Part shown: in pieces, positions 6,854 to 14,058 of the stretch | Layout of the letters: each line of letters opens with the position of its first letter | How positions within the stretch are numbered: position 1 is the stretch's first letter | NCBI GenBank assembly: GCA_965242755.1 | Contig: OZ251500.1 | Coordinates: 950,379 to 1,014,378 of the forward strand | Direction of reading: 5' to 3' | Length of the DNA: 64,000 nt | From: Dehalococcoidia bacterium | Lineage (GTDB): Bacteria > Chloroflexota > Dehalococcoidia > Lucifugimonadales > Australimonadaceae | Translations under genes and position numbers: made by a program | The notes under the pieces: generated by a model | Databases searched by the model: none | Told to the model about the DNA's origin: nothing | What the model saw: the letters and a program-made list of their open reading frames with translations, nothing else

Positions 6854-9256
6854 ATGACCTACGCCGTCAGCAGCGGCGCGCCGAGCGCGGAAGCCCCCGC
6901 GCAAGCCCCGCCCCGCGAGAACCCCACCGCCACCACGATGCGCGTCCGCAAGCGCAACGGGAACCTCGAAACCGCCGACGTAATGAAGATCGTCCGCGCC
7001 GTCGAGCGCTCCGCCGACGGCCTCGGCGAAGTCGACCCCCTCCGCGTCGCCACGCGCACCATCTCCGGCCTCTACGACGGCGCCACCACCCGCGAACTCG
7101 ACGAACTCTCCATCCGCACCGCCGCGTCCCTCATCGCCGAGGAGCCCGAGTACTCCAAACTCGCCGCCCGCCTCCTCAGCGCCTACATCGACAAGGAAGT
7201 GGAGAACCAGGAGGTCCACGCCTTCTCCCAGTCCGTCAAGACGGGCCACGCGCTCGGCCTCATCGACGACGGCGTCGCCGAGTTCGTCGCCGCCAACTCC
7301 CGCAAACTCAACGACGCCATCGAGCCCGCCCGCAGCGCCCTCTTCGAGTACTTCGGCATCCGCACCCTCTACGACCGCTACCTCCTCAAGCACCCCGAGA
7401 CGCGGCGCTCCATCGAAACGCCCCAGCACTTCTTCCTCCGCATCGCCTGCGGCCTCGCCCAGAGCCCCGCCGACGCCATCGACCTCTACGCGCTCATGTC
7501 CAACCTGGACTACATGCCCAGTTCCCCCACCCTCTTCAACTCCGGCACGCGGCACTCCCAAATGTCCTCCTGCTACCTCCTCGACTCCCCACAGGACGAC
7601 CTCGAGGCGATCTACAACCGCTACACCGACATCGCCAAACTCTCCAAATTCGCCGGCGGCATCGGCGTCTCCTTCTCCCGCGTCCGCTCCAAGGGCTCCC
7701 TGATCAGGGGCACCAACGGCAAGTCCAACGGCATCGTCCCCTGGCTCAAGACGCTCGACTCCTCCGTCGCCGCCGTCAACCAGGGCGGCAAGCGCAAGGG
7801 CGCCGCCTGCGTCTACGTCGAAACGTGGCACGCCGACATCGAAGACTTCCTCGACCTCCGCGACAACACCGGCGACGACGCCCGACGCGCCCACAACCTC
7901 AACCTCGCCAACTGGGTCCCCGACCTCTTTATGCGCCGCGTCGAAGAGGACGGCCTATGGTCGCTCTTCGACCCCAAGCGAACCCCCGACCTGGTGGACG
8001 CCTACGGCGACGACTTCGAGCGCCGCTACATGGCCGCGGAGGCCGACCGCCTCTACGAGCGCCAAGTCCCCGCCCGCGAACTCTACGGCCGCATGATGCG
8101 AACGCTCGCCCAAACCGGCAACGGCTGGATGACCTTCAAAGACGCCTCCAACCGCAAGTCCAACCAGACGCTCCGCCCCGAAAACGTCATCCACCTCTCC
8201 AACCTCTGCACCGAAATCCTCGAAGTCACGAACAACGACGAAACCGCCGTCTGCAACCTCGGCTCCCTCAACCTCGGCCACTTCGTCACCGACGACGGCG
8301 CGTTCGACTTCGAGCGGCTCGGCTCCGCCGTCCAAATCGCCGTCCGCTACCTCGACCGCGTCGTCGACATCAACTACTACCCCACCGACGCCGCGGCGCG
8401 CTCCAACGCCAAATGGCGCCCCGTCGGACTCGGCGTGATGGGCCTCCAGGACGTCTTCTTCAAAATGCGCCTCCCCTTCGACAGCCCGGAAGCCGCCGCC
8501 CTCGCGGAGCGCATCCAGGAGGAGGTCTACTTCGGCGCCCTCGCGACCTCCAACGCGCTCGCCGAAGCCCACGGACCCCACGCCGCGTTCGCCGACACCC
8601 GCGCCGCCAACGGCGACCTCCAATTCGACTTCTGGGGCGTCGCCCCCGCGAAACCCGAGTGGCCCGACCTCAAGAAGCGCATCAAAAAGCACGGCCTACG
8701 CAACTCCCTCCTCGTCGCCATCGCCCCCACCGCCACCATCGCCTCCATCTGCGGCGCCTACGAGTGCATCGAGCCCCAAGTCTCCAACCTCTTCAAACGC
8801 GAGACGCTCTCCGGCGAGTTCCTCCAAATCAACCACTACCTCGTCCGCGACCTCAAAGCCCGCGGCCTCTGGACCGACGAGATCCGCAACAAGATCAAAA
8901 TCGAGGAGGGCTCCGTCCAGAACGTCCCGCAGATCCCGGCGGACGTCAAGGATCTCTACCGCACCGCGTGGGAACTCCCCCAGAAGGCGCTCATAGACAT
9001 GGCCGCTGCCCGCGGCCCCTACGTCGACCAGAGCCAGTCCCTCAACCTCTTCATGGCCGACCCCACCATCGGCAAACTCTCCTCGATGTACCTCTACGCC
9101 TGGAAGACCGGCCTCAAGACGACCTACTACCTGCGCTCCCGCCCCGCGACGCGCATCCGCCAAACCACGACCGCCGCCGCCGAAGAGGAACTCCCCGACG
9201 AGGAAGCCGTAGCCTGCTCCCTCGAAAACCCCGACGTCTGCGAAGCCTGCGAGTAG
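6854..9256 (+). CDS. nrdA: Class I ribonucleotide reductase alpha subunit with N-terminal ATP-cone
   Basis: SSPTLFNSGT, QMSSCYLL, GGIGVSFSRVR, NLCTEI and C-terminal CSLENPDVCEACE closely resemble eukaryote-like R1. Alternative start ATG 6938 (MRVRKRNG). No beta subunit gene in the window. Confidence 0.85.
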   Translation: MTYAVSSGAPSAEAPAQAPPRENPTATTMRVRKRNGNLETADVMKIVRAVERSADGLGEVDPLRVATRTISGLYDGATTRELDELSIRTAASLIAEEPEYSKLAARLLSAYIDKEVENQEVHAFSQSVKTGHALGLIDDGVAEFVAANSRKLNDAIEPARSALFEYFGIRTLYDRYLLKHPETRRSIETPQHFFLRIACGLAQSPADAIDLYALMSNLDYMPSSPTLFNSGTRHSQMSSCYLLDSPQDDLEAIYNRYTDIAKLSKFAGGIGVSFSRVRSKGSLIRGTNGKSNGIVPWLKTLDSSVAAVNQGGKRKGAACVYVETWHADIEDFLDLRDNTGDDARRAHNLNLANWVPDLFMRRVEEDGLWSLFDPKRTPDLVDAYGDDFERRYMAAEADRLYERQVPARELYGRMMRTLAQTGNGWMTFKDASNRKSNQTLRPENVIHLSNLCTEILEVTNNDETAVCNLGSLNLGHFVTDDGAFDFERLGSAVQIAVRYLDRVVDINYYPTDAAARSNAKWRPVGLGVMGLQDVFFKMRLPFDSPEAAALAERIQEEVYFGALATSNALAEAHGPHAAFADTRAANGDLQFDFWGVAPAKPEWPDLKKRIKKHGLRNSLLVAIAPTATIASICGAYECIEPQVSNLFKRETLSGEFLQINHYLVRDLKARGLWTDEIRNKIKIEEGSVQNVPQIPADVKDLYRTAWELPQKALIDMAAARGPYVDQSQSLNLFMADPTIGKLSSMYLYAWKTGLKTTYYLRSRPATRIRQTTTAAAEEELPDEEAVACSLENPDVCEACE

Positions 9257-9318
9257 GCGGCGGGCTGATACACTCAAGACCTACCGACAGCAGCAAGTAA
9301 CCCTTAGGAGGGTCAACA

Positions 9319-9693
9319 ATGATACATAACGCTCTCTACTGCCCGAATTGCCTCGTCCAGCAGCCTGGGACTTCCAGCGACCACGTGGTCAAAGAGTATG
9401 TCTGCTGCCGCAAGTGCTACAAATCCTTCCAGTGGGGAGATTACCTGACAGCTCCGTTCCCACAGGCAGATTCCTACGGGAAACTCATGGACGAAAGCAT
9501 CCAGCCCTTCATTGCCGCAGCCAAGATTCCCCCTGTGTGGAGCTGGAAGTACCTCACCACTGCGTGGTGGCTCTGGCGTACTTCCGAGCCGATGCGGGCG
9601 CGTGGCAAGACAATGACAGACGCAGAATTCAAGAGGTGGGTAGACCGAGCCATGAGGCAACCCGGCCGTCTTCCCTTCGATGAGGAGTTCTAG
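9319..9693 (+). CDS. Hypothetical zinc-ribbon-like protein
   Basis: CPNC..17..CCRKC cysteine pairs at the N-terminus. Trp-rich. Visibly lower GC than its neighbours. Stop lies 2 nt before the next ATG. Confidence 0.5.
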   Translation: MIHNALYCPNCLVQQPGTSSDHVVKEYVCCRKCYKSFQWGDYLTAPFPQADSYGKLMDESIQPFIAAAKIPPVWSWKYLTTAWWLWRTSEPMRARGKTMTDAEFKRWVDRAMRQPGRLPFDEEF

Positions 9694-9695
9694 CC

Positions 9696-10484
9696 ATGTC
9701 CTTACCGCTACCGGTGCAGAAGTTCGCTAAACGGCACGGATTCCGCCGTCCGGACGATGCCGTTCGCCATGTTGCGGACTCCCTCGTCGCCCGGTCCGGG
9801 CAATCGCAACCCCGCTTCGCGCTCCAGCCCTTGCTTGAACTCGCGCCCGTTTCCCTAGACCCCCTGATCCGCGTGCAAGACATGGCTTACGCGGGAAGCC
9901 TGACCAAAGACGGCGATCTCTACCGGATAGCGGTCAACGCCCAGCACAACAGGGGGCGGCAGCGCTTCTCGGTTGCCCACGAACTCGGTCACGCCTTCTT
10001 CATCCCCTTCTCCGACGAAAGCCGCTACCGTATTCCCGGGACGGCGCACGACAGCCGGATAGAAGAGCGCATGTGCAACATCTTCGCCGCCAACGTCCTG
10101 ATGCCCGAAGAGCGGTTCTCCCAAGACCTCGAAGAGAAGGGCGTCAACGCGGCGTCTGTCATTGACTTGGCGGGGGCTTACGAGGTGTCCGTAGAGACGG
10201 CAGCCCTAAGAGTAACCGAGGTGCGCCCCAAGACGGCGGTAGTGGGATTGCTATCCCCGCCTGACGACGATGGACGCTCTCACGAAGTGCATATCCTCGC
10301 TCCGCGCCTGCCCCGTAGCCGCCCGGTCGTGTTGAAATCTCTGCTAGGCAAACCTTTCCTCGCAGACGGGGAGCTTGGGTGCATCGCGGATATTTTCTGG
10401 TCAAACGGCGACAGGTCAAAGGACGTGCGATGCCGTCCGCTAGGAGGCCGGTGGCTATTCGCCGCGACCGTCCGTCCTGCCTGA
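9696..10484 (+). CDS. ImmA/IrrE-family (DUF955) zinc metallopeptidase
   Basis: SVAHELGHAFF (HExxH) followed by CNIFAANVLMPEE, typical of ImmA/IrrE. Confidence 0.75.
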   Translation: MSLPLPVQKFAKRHGFRRPDDAVRHVADSLVARSGQSQPRFALQPLLELAPVSLDPLIRVQDMAYAGSLTKDGDLYRIAVNAQHNRGRQRFSVAHELGHAFFIPFSDESRYRIPGTAHDSRIEERMCNIFAANVLMPEERFSQDLEEKGVNAASVIDLAGAYEVSVETAALRVTEVRPKTAVVGLLSPPDDDGRSHEVHILAPRLPRSRPVVLKSLLGKPFLADGELGCIADIFWSNGDRSKDVRCRPLGGRWLFAATVRPA

Positions 10485-10496
10485 GGAGTCCCACGC

Positions 10497-10727
10497 CCTG
10501 TCATTCCCGCGTAGGCGGGAATCCAGTCGGCGCGATAGCGCCACGACGGGGCGCAACGCGCCCCGTCCCCAAGCCATCCCGGAGCCCCGTCATTCCCGCG
10601 AAAGCGGGAACCTACTGGGGCTGCCGCCCTCCCCGCGCAAGCGCGAACCCCAACTGGCGCAAGCGCCGACCCCGCCCTCTCCCGCTGGGCGGGAGAGGGC
10701 AGCCGCGAAGCGGCGGGTGAGGGTTGC
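10497..10727. repeat. Mosaic repeat cluster (modules B, A, E)
   Basis: gtcattcccgcgtaggcgggaatccagtcggcgcg, ccccgtcattcccgcgaaagcgggaacctactgggg, ccctctcccgctgggcgggagagggcagccgcgaagcggcgggtgagggttg. Confidence 0.9.
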
Positions 10728-11344
10728 CGCAAAATCGGACAACCGCCCCTTGCGCGCTCGCGCATGCCTCGTATACCCTGCCCCTCCGATCAGCGCAGAC
10801 GACGGAGAAACGCTTGGAAGACGCCTACGGCGAGGGCTACCAACGCGCGCGGACAGAAGCGCTCGCCCGCAACCCCACCTGCCAATTCTGCGGACGCTTC
10901 CCCGCGACCGACGCCCACCACTGGGCGTTCCATAAGTATCCGCCCGACGCGGAGATCGGCCCCGACGACCTGACGGCCCTGTGCCGTCACTGCCACGAAA
11001 TAGCCACCACGGTGCGCCGCCACTACCGCGACAGAGGCGGCAAACCCCACCAGATACCCCAAGCGTTGGAGGAGGCCCTACGGCAATGCGATACCAAGTC
11101 ACCATCAGGGGCGTTAGCCCCCTCATCACGCACAACGGAGCGGCCGGACTCGACACCCGCTCCCCTGCCAACGTCGAGAAGGCGGAAATCGCCCGCAAGA
11201 AAGGCTCCAACCGAACCGCAACCGACGACGAGCGCATCAAGGAACTCGAATGCCAAACCTCGCTTTGGCTCGACGCGCGCGACGCGGCTACGATCCCGGA
11301 AGGCGCGATCCGAGCCTGCATCGAAACCGGAGCGCGAAAGTTGA
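10724..11344 (+). CDS. Small HNH-motif protein; both ends uncertain
   Basis: CQFCGRFPATDAHHWAF..LTALCRHCHEIA is an HNH-like Cys/His pattern. The TTG start lies inside a repeat. The last ~85 codons overlap the next gene out of frame and look non-coding. Confidence 0.45.
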   Translation: MPQNRTTAPCALAHASYTLPLRSAQTTEKRLEDAYGEGYQRARTEALARNPTCQFCGRFPATDAHHWAFHKYPPDAEIGPDDLTALCRHCHEIATTVRRHYRDRGGKPHQIPQALEEALRQCDTKSPSGALAPSSRTTERPDSTPAPLPTSRRRKSPARKAPTEPQPTTSASRNSNAKPRFGSTRATRLRSRKARSEPASKPERES

Positions 11345-11682
11345 AGCAGGGGCCCCAAGTCCGCGAGGGCTTGGTGGTCGAAGGCGTCCAATCGTTCGAC
11401 TACGACCGCGAGGAGCTCGGCTCGACGGTCGAAGAGTTGGGCAAGCGCGCCCAGTTCACGGTGGGCGTCGTCGTCCAGCGCAACCGCGTCCTGCGGACGC
11501 GCGCCAAGTTCGACGAGTGGTCGTGCGCGTTCACCCTCGACTGCGACGACGAACTCGTCGACAAAGACCAGTTGGAGGCGTGGCTCGACATCGCCGGACG
11601 CAGAATCGGCCTCGGCGACTGGAGGCCGGAGAAGTCCGGCACCTACGGAAGGTTCGAAGCCGAAGTGCAGCCTCTCGGTTAG
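11086..11682 (+). CDS. Uncharacterised 198-aa protein with a RAMP-like glycine-rich C-terminus
   Basis: GGAGGAGG RBS. MRYQVTIRGVSPLITHNG.., ..ATIPEGAIRACIETGAR.., C-terminal GRRIGLGDWRPEKSGTYGRFE. No family assigned with confidence. Confidence 0.7.
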   Translation: MRYQVTIRGVSPLITHNGAAGLDTRSPANVEKAEIARKKGSNRTATDDERIKELECQTSLWLDARDAATIPEGAIRACIETGARKLKQGPQVREGLVVEGVQSFDYDREELGSTVEELGKRAQFTVGVVVQRNRVLRTRAKFDEWSCAFTLDCDDELVDKDQLEAWLDIAGRRIGLGDWRPEKSGTYGRFEAEVQPLG

Positions 11683-11991
11683 GTTCAGGGCCTGGCGTGG
11701 CTAGGCAAGGCTTGGTAGGGCTTGGCGCGGCTCGGTTGGGCCTGGCAAGGCTAGGCATGGCCCGGCACGGCGAGGCAGGGTTTTATCGTGGCAGGGCCCG
11801 GCATGGCACGGCGCGGTACGGCATGGCACGGCCCGGTATGGCATGGCAGAGCGAGGCATGGCAAGGCGAGGCATGGTTCGGCCCGGCGGGGCTCGGCTAG
11901 GCAGTGCGTGGTATGGCGTGGCGAGGCATGGTTCGGCCCGGCGGGGCTGGGTAAGGTATGGCAGGGCTTGGCGTGGCGAGGCAGGGAACTC

Positions 11992-12020
11992 TTGACGAGG
12001 CCAGGCAGACAACGACATAG
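11992..12020 (+). promoter_or_regulatory. Promoter-like spacer 1 in the array (TTGACG-17-ACATAG)
   Basis: Conserved spacer aggcagggaactcTTGACG..gcagacaacgACATAGgtcgcggcgcggc. The pentamer block resumes 6 nt after the -10-like hexamer. Confidence 0.35.
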
Positions 12021-12106
12021 GTCGCGGCGCGGCGGGGCATGGCTCGGCGCGGCATGGCTGGGTGCGGCGTGGCTAGGCTAGGCTCGGCAAGGCGAGGCAG
12101 GGAACT

Positions 12107-12135
12107 TTGACGCGGTTATGCAGACAACGATACAA
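12107..12135 (+). promoter_or_regulatory. Promoter-like spacer 2 in the array (TTGACG-17-ATACAA)
   Basis: aggcagggaacttTTGACGcggttatgcagacaacgATACAAgtcagggcgcggc. Same geometry as spacer 1. Confidence 0.35.
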
Positions 12136-12242
12136 GTCAGGGCGCGGCGCGGCAGGGTATGGCGTGGCATGGCATGGCTAGGCCCGGCATGGTTGGGCAA
12201 GGCAAGGCAGGGAACTTTTATGACAAAGAAGGCAGACGCGAC

Positions 12243-12271
12243 ATGACGCGGTTGGCGGAGCAACGATATAA
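12243..12271 (+). promoter_or_regulatory. Promoter-like spacer 3 in the array (ATGACG-17-ATATAA)
   Basis: Spacer 3 carries a ~25-nt insertion but keeps (A/T)TGACG-17-ATATAA followed by the next pentamer block. Confidence 0.35.
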
Positions 12272-12356
12272 ATCGAGGCGCGGCAGGGCATGGCCCGGTG
12301 CGGCACGGCATGGCAAGGCAGGGCGGTGCATGGCATGGCATGGCGCGGCCTGGATA

Positions 12357-12384
12357 GGCCCTCCCCAGGCAACTGGGGAGGGCC
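12357..12384 (+). other. 10-bp GC stem-loop closing the array (GGCCCTCCCC-aggcaact-GGGGAGGGCC)
   Basis: Perfect inverted repeat 12357-12366 / 12375-12384. No T-tract follows, so it is not a canonical intrinsic terminator. Confidence 0.6.
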
Positions 12385-12465
12385 GCTCTACCCAGCGGAC
12401 GCTCCGCGGTTCGATGGCTTGCCCGCCCCTTGCGCGAGGGGCTAGGCTCGCGGACGCGCGTCGCA

Positions 12466-12679
12466 GTCCGTCGGCGGAGCGCCGATGAACGCGCCAAGAG
12501 ACGGGGCGCAACGCGCCCCGTCCCCAAGCCATCCCGGGGCCCCGTCATTCCCGCGAAAGCGGGAACCTACTGGGGCGCCACGCCCTGCCCGCGAAAGCGC
12601 GAACCCACCCGGCGCGCAAGCGCCGCCCCCGCCCTCTCCTTCTGGGAGAGGGCAGCCGCGTAGCGGCGGGTGAGGGTCG
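12466..12679. repeat. Mosaic repeat cluster (modules B-tail, A, E)
   Basis: ..acggggcgcaacgcgccccgtccccaagccatcccgg.., ccccgtcattcccgcgaaagcgggaacctactgggg, ccctctccttctgggagagggcagccgcgtagcggcgggtgagggt. Confidence 0.9.
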
Positions 12680-12806
12680 CCCCATGTCGCAACTGCGACA
12701 CATGCCCCTTGCGCGCCCCCAACCACGCCCCTACGATGGACCCATCACGCCCCAAATCCCAACGAGGGCGCGCAACCGACGCGAACGGAGAGGAACGCAA
12801 GGCCAA

Positions 12807-12895
12807 TGTCTCAAATTGTCTCAAATTGTCTCAAAATGTCTCATTTTGTCTCATTCCTGTCTCAAAACGTCTCATTAGCGTCTCAAACCGTCTCG
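12807..12895 (+). repeat. Iteron-like array: 9 copies of GTCTCA (last copy GTCTCG) at 10-11 bp spacing
   Basis: Copies start at 12808, 12818, 12828, 12838, 12848, 12859, 12869, 12880 and 12890. The first three units are TGTCTCAAAT. AT-rich relative to the surroundings. Confidence 0.9.
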
Positions 12896-12943
12896 CGCCG
12901 AAACGCCCAAAAACTAGGCCAACACGGAAAAAGGAGGCCGCCA

Positions 12944-13381
12944 ATGACCCAAAATGAGACATACCCCGGGGTCGACGACGACCGCGCCGCCCTCGCCCGC
13001 GGCGAGGCGCGCGAACTCACCGACCGCCAACTCCTCGCACTCCCCTTCATCGCCGCATCCTCCACCCAAACCGAAGCCGCCGAAGCCGCCGAGATCAGCC
13101 GCGCCACCCTCGCACGCTGGCGCCAAAACCCCAGATTCAAAGACGAACTCCGCCGCATCCGCGAAGACGCCGCCAAACTCGCCCACGCCGAACTCGACGG
13201 CCTCGCCCTCAAAAGCGTCTCCGCCCTCGCCAACCTCATGGACGACCCCAACCCCCGCGTCAGAGCCCAAGCCATCCGAACAGCCCTCGACATATCCCTC
13301 AAAGTCCAAGAGCAAACCCGCATCCGCCGCAACCTCCGCCAACTCGAAAACGCCTTCAACCACCTCAAAAACCAAAAGTAG
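12944..13381 (+). CDS. Phage/plasmid-like HTH protein
   Basis: AAGGAGG RBS. TQTEAAEAAEISRATLARWRQNPRF is an HTH-like segment. Lies 49 nt downstream of the iteron array. Confidence 0.6.
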   Translation: MTQNETYPGVDDDRAALARGEARELTDRQLLALPFIAASSTQTEAAEAAEISRATLARWRQNPRFKDELRRIREDAAKLAHAELDGLALKSVSALANLMDDPNPRVRAQAIRTALDISLKVQEQTRIRRNLRQLENAFNHLKNQK

Positions 13382-13416
13382 CCCCAGCAAGGAGCCCAAC
13401 CACACGGACCGCCCCG

Positions 13417-13655
13417 CCCGCGCAAACGCGAATCCAGCCGGCGCGAAAGCACCGACCCCGCCCTCTCCCTCTGGAGACCTTTGCATAACCTACCGTCATT
13501 CCCGCGTAGGCGGGAATCCAGGCGGCGCGCAGCGCCGCTCCTCTCCCACGTAAGCGCCCCGTCATTCCCGCGAAAGCGGGAACCTACTGGGGCAGAGGAG
13601 TTATGCAAAGGCCTCCTCTGGGAGAGGGCAGCCGCGAAGCGGCGGGTGAGGGTTG
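13417..13655. repeat. Mosaic repeat cluster (modules E, D, B, A, D-inverted, E)
   Basis: ccctctccctctggagacctttgcataacctaccgtcattcccgcgtaggcgggaatcc ... ccccgtcattcccgcgaaagcgggaacctactgggg ... gagttatgcaaaggcctcctctgggagagggcagccgcgaagcggcgggtgagggttg. Confidence 0.9.
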
Positions 13656-13712
13656 AGCCCTTCTCTCAATGCCCAGTAGCTAATTGCCGACAGATTACCC
13701 TGCGCGTAAGTA

Positions 13713-13742
13713 TTGACATATCAGCCAGCGGTAGTGTATTCA
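13713..13742 (+). promoter_or_regulatory. Sigma-70-like promoter (TTGACA-18-TATTCA)
   Basis: Hexamers at 13713-13718 and 13737-13742, in an AT-richer patch about 20 nt upstream of AGGAGG/ATG 13764. Confidence 0.45.
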
Positions 13743-13763
13743 TTACATAACCAGGAGGCGTAT

Positions 13764-14042
13764 ATGCCAAGAGAGCCGAGGCCCATGCAGTCCGTGATTG
13801 ACCAGATTGACGCGGCGGTCAAGGAACTCCGCCGAGGGACGACGAAAAAGAAGGGGGCAAGCCCCGAGGTCTTGCGGAAGCAACTGCTCAGAGTCCAGTC
13901 CGCAGCCGCAGCCGGAATACGGACGGTGGACGCGGATGACAACCGCAAGAGCCAACTGAATCCGAACAACGACGCCTTCTGGCAAGCGCGCGGGTTCCCC
14001 AAGCGCCCCGACGACTGGAAGGCCAGGATCACCGTGAAATAG
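13764..14042 (+). CDS. Small protein with a C-terminal DNRKSQLNPNNDAFWQARGFPKRPDDWKARI motif
   Basis: AGGAGG RBS. 92 aa. Shares a ~32-aa C-terminal motif with the next gene. Confidence 0.6.
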   Translation: MPREPRPMQSVIDQIDAAVKELRRGTTKKKGASPEVLRKQLLRVQSAAAAGIRTVDADDNRKSQLNPNNDAFWQARGFPKRPDDWKARITVK

Positions 14043-14058
14043 ACCAAGGAGACCGACG

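Larger units (their letters stand above)
11694..12359 (+). repeat. Degenerate pentanucleotide array (NNGGC)x102 in five in-phase blocks
   Basis: Hand count of GGC (rarely GGT/AGC/TGC/GGA) every 5 nt: 11694-11776 (17 units), 11790-11982 (39), 12026-12098 (15), 12141-12208 (14), 12277-12359 (17). No phase slip inside any block. Confidence 0.95.

Noticed and set aside
11250-12548. ORFs across the pentanucleotide array (for example 11250-11900, 11788-12081, 11701-12018 minus, 12078-12548 minus) as repeat proteins with G-x-A-x-x or x-x-P-C-x pentads
   Set aside because: The periodicity is 5 nt at the DNA level and not a multiple of 3. Overlapping frames on both strands stay open simply because NNGGC rarely makes stop codons. 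No RBS is present, and the apparent pentad peptides are an arithmetic by-product (15 nt = 5 aa).
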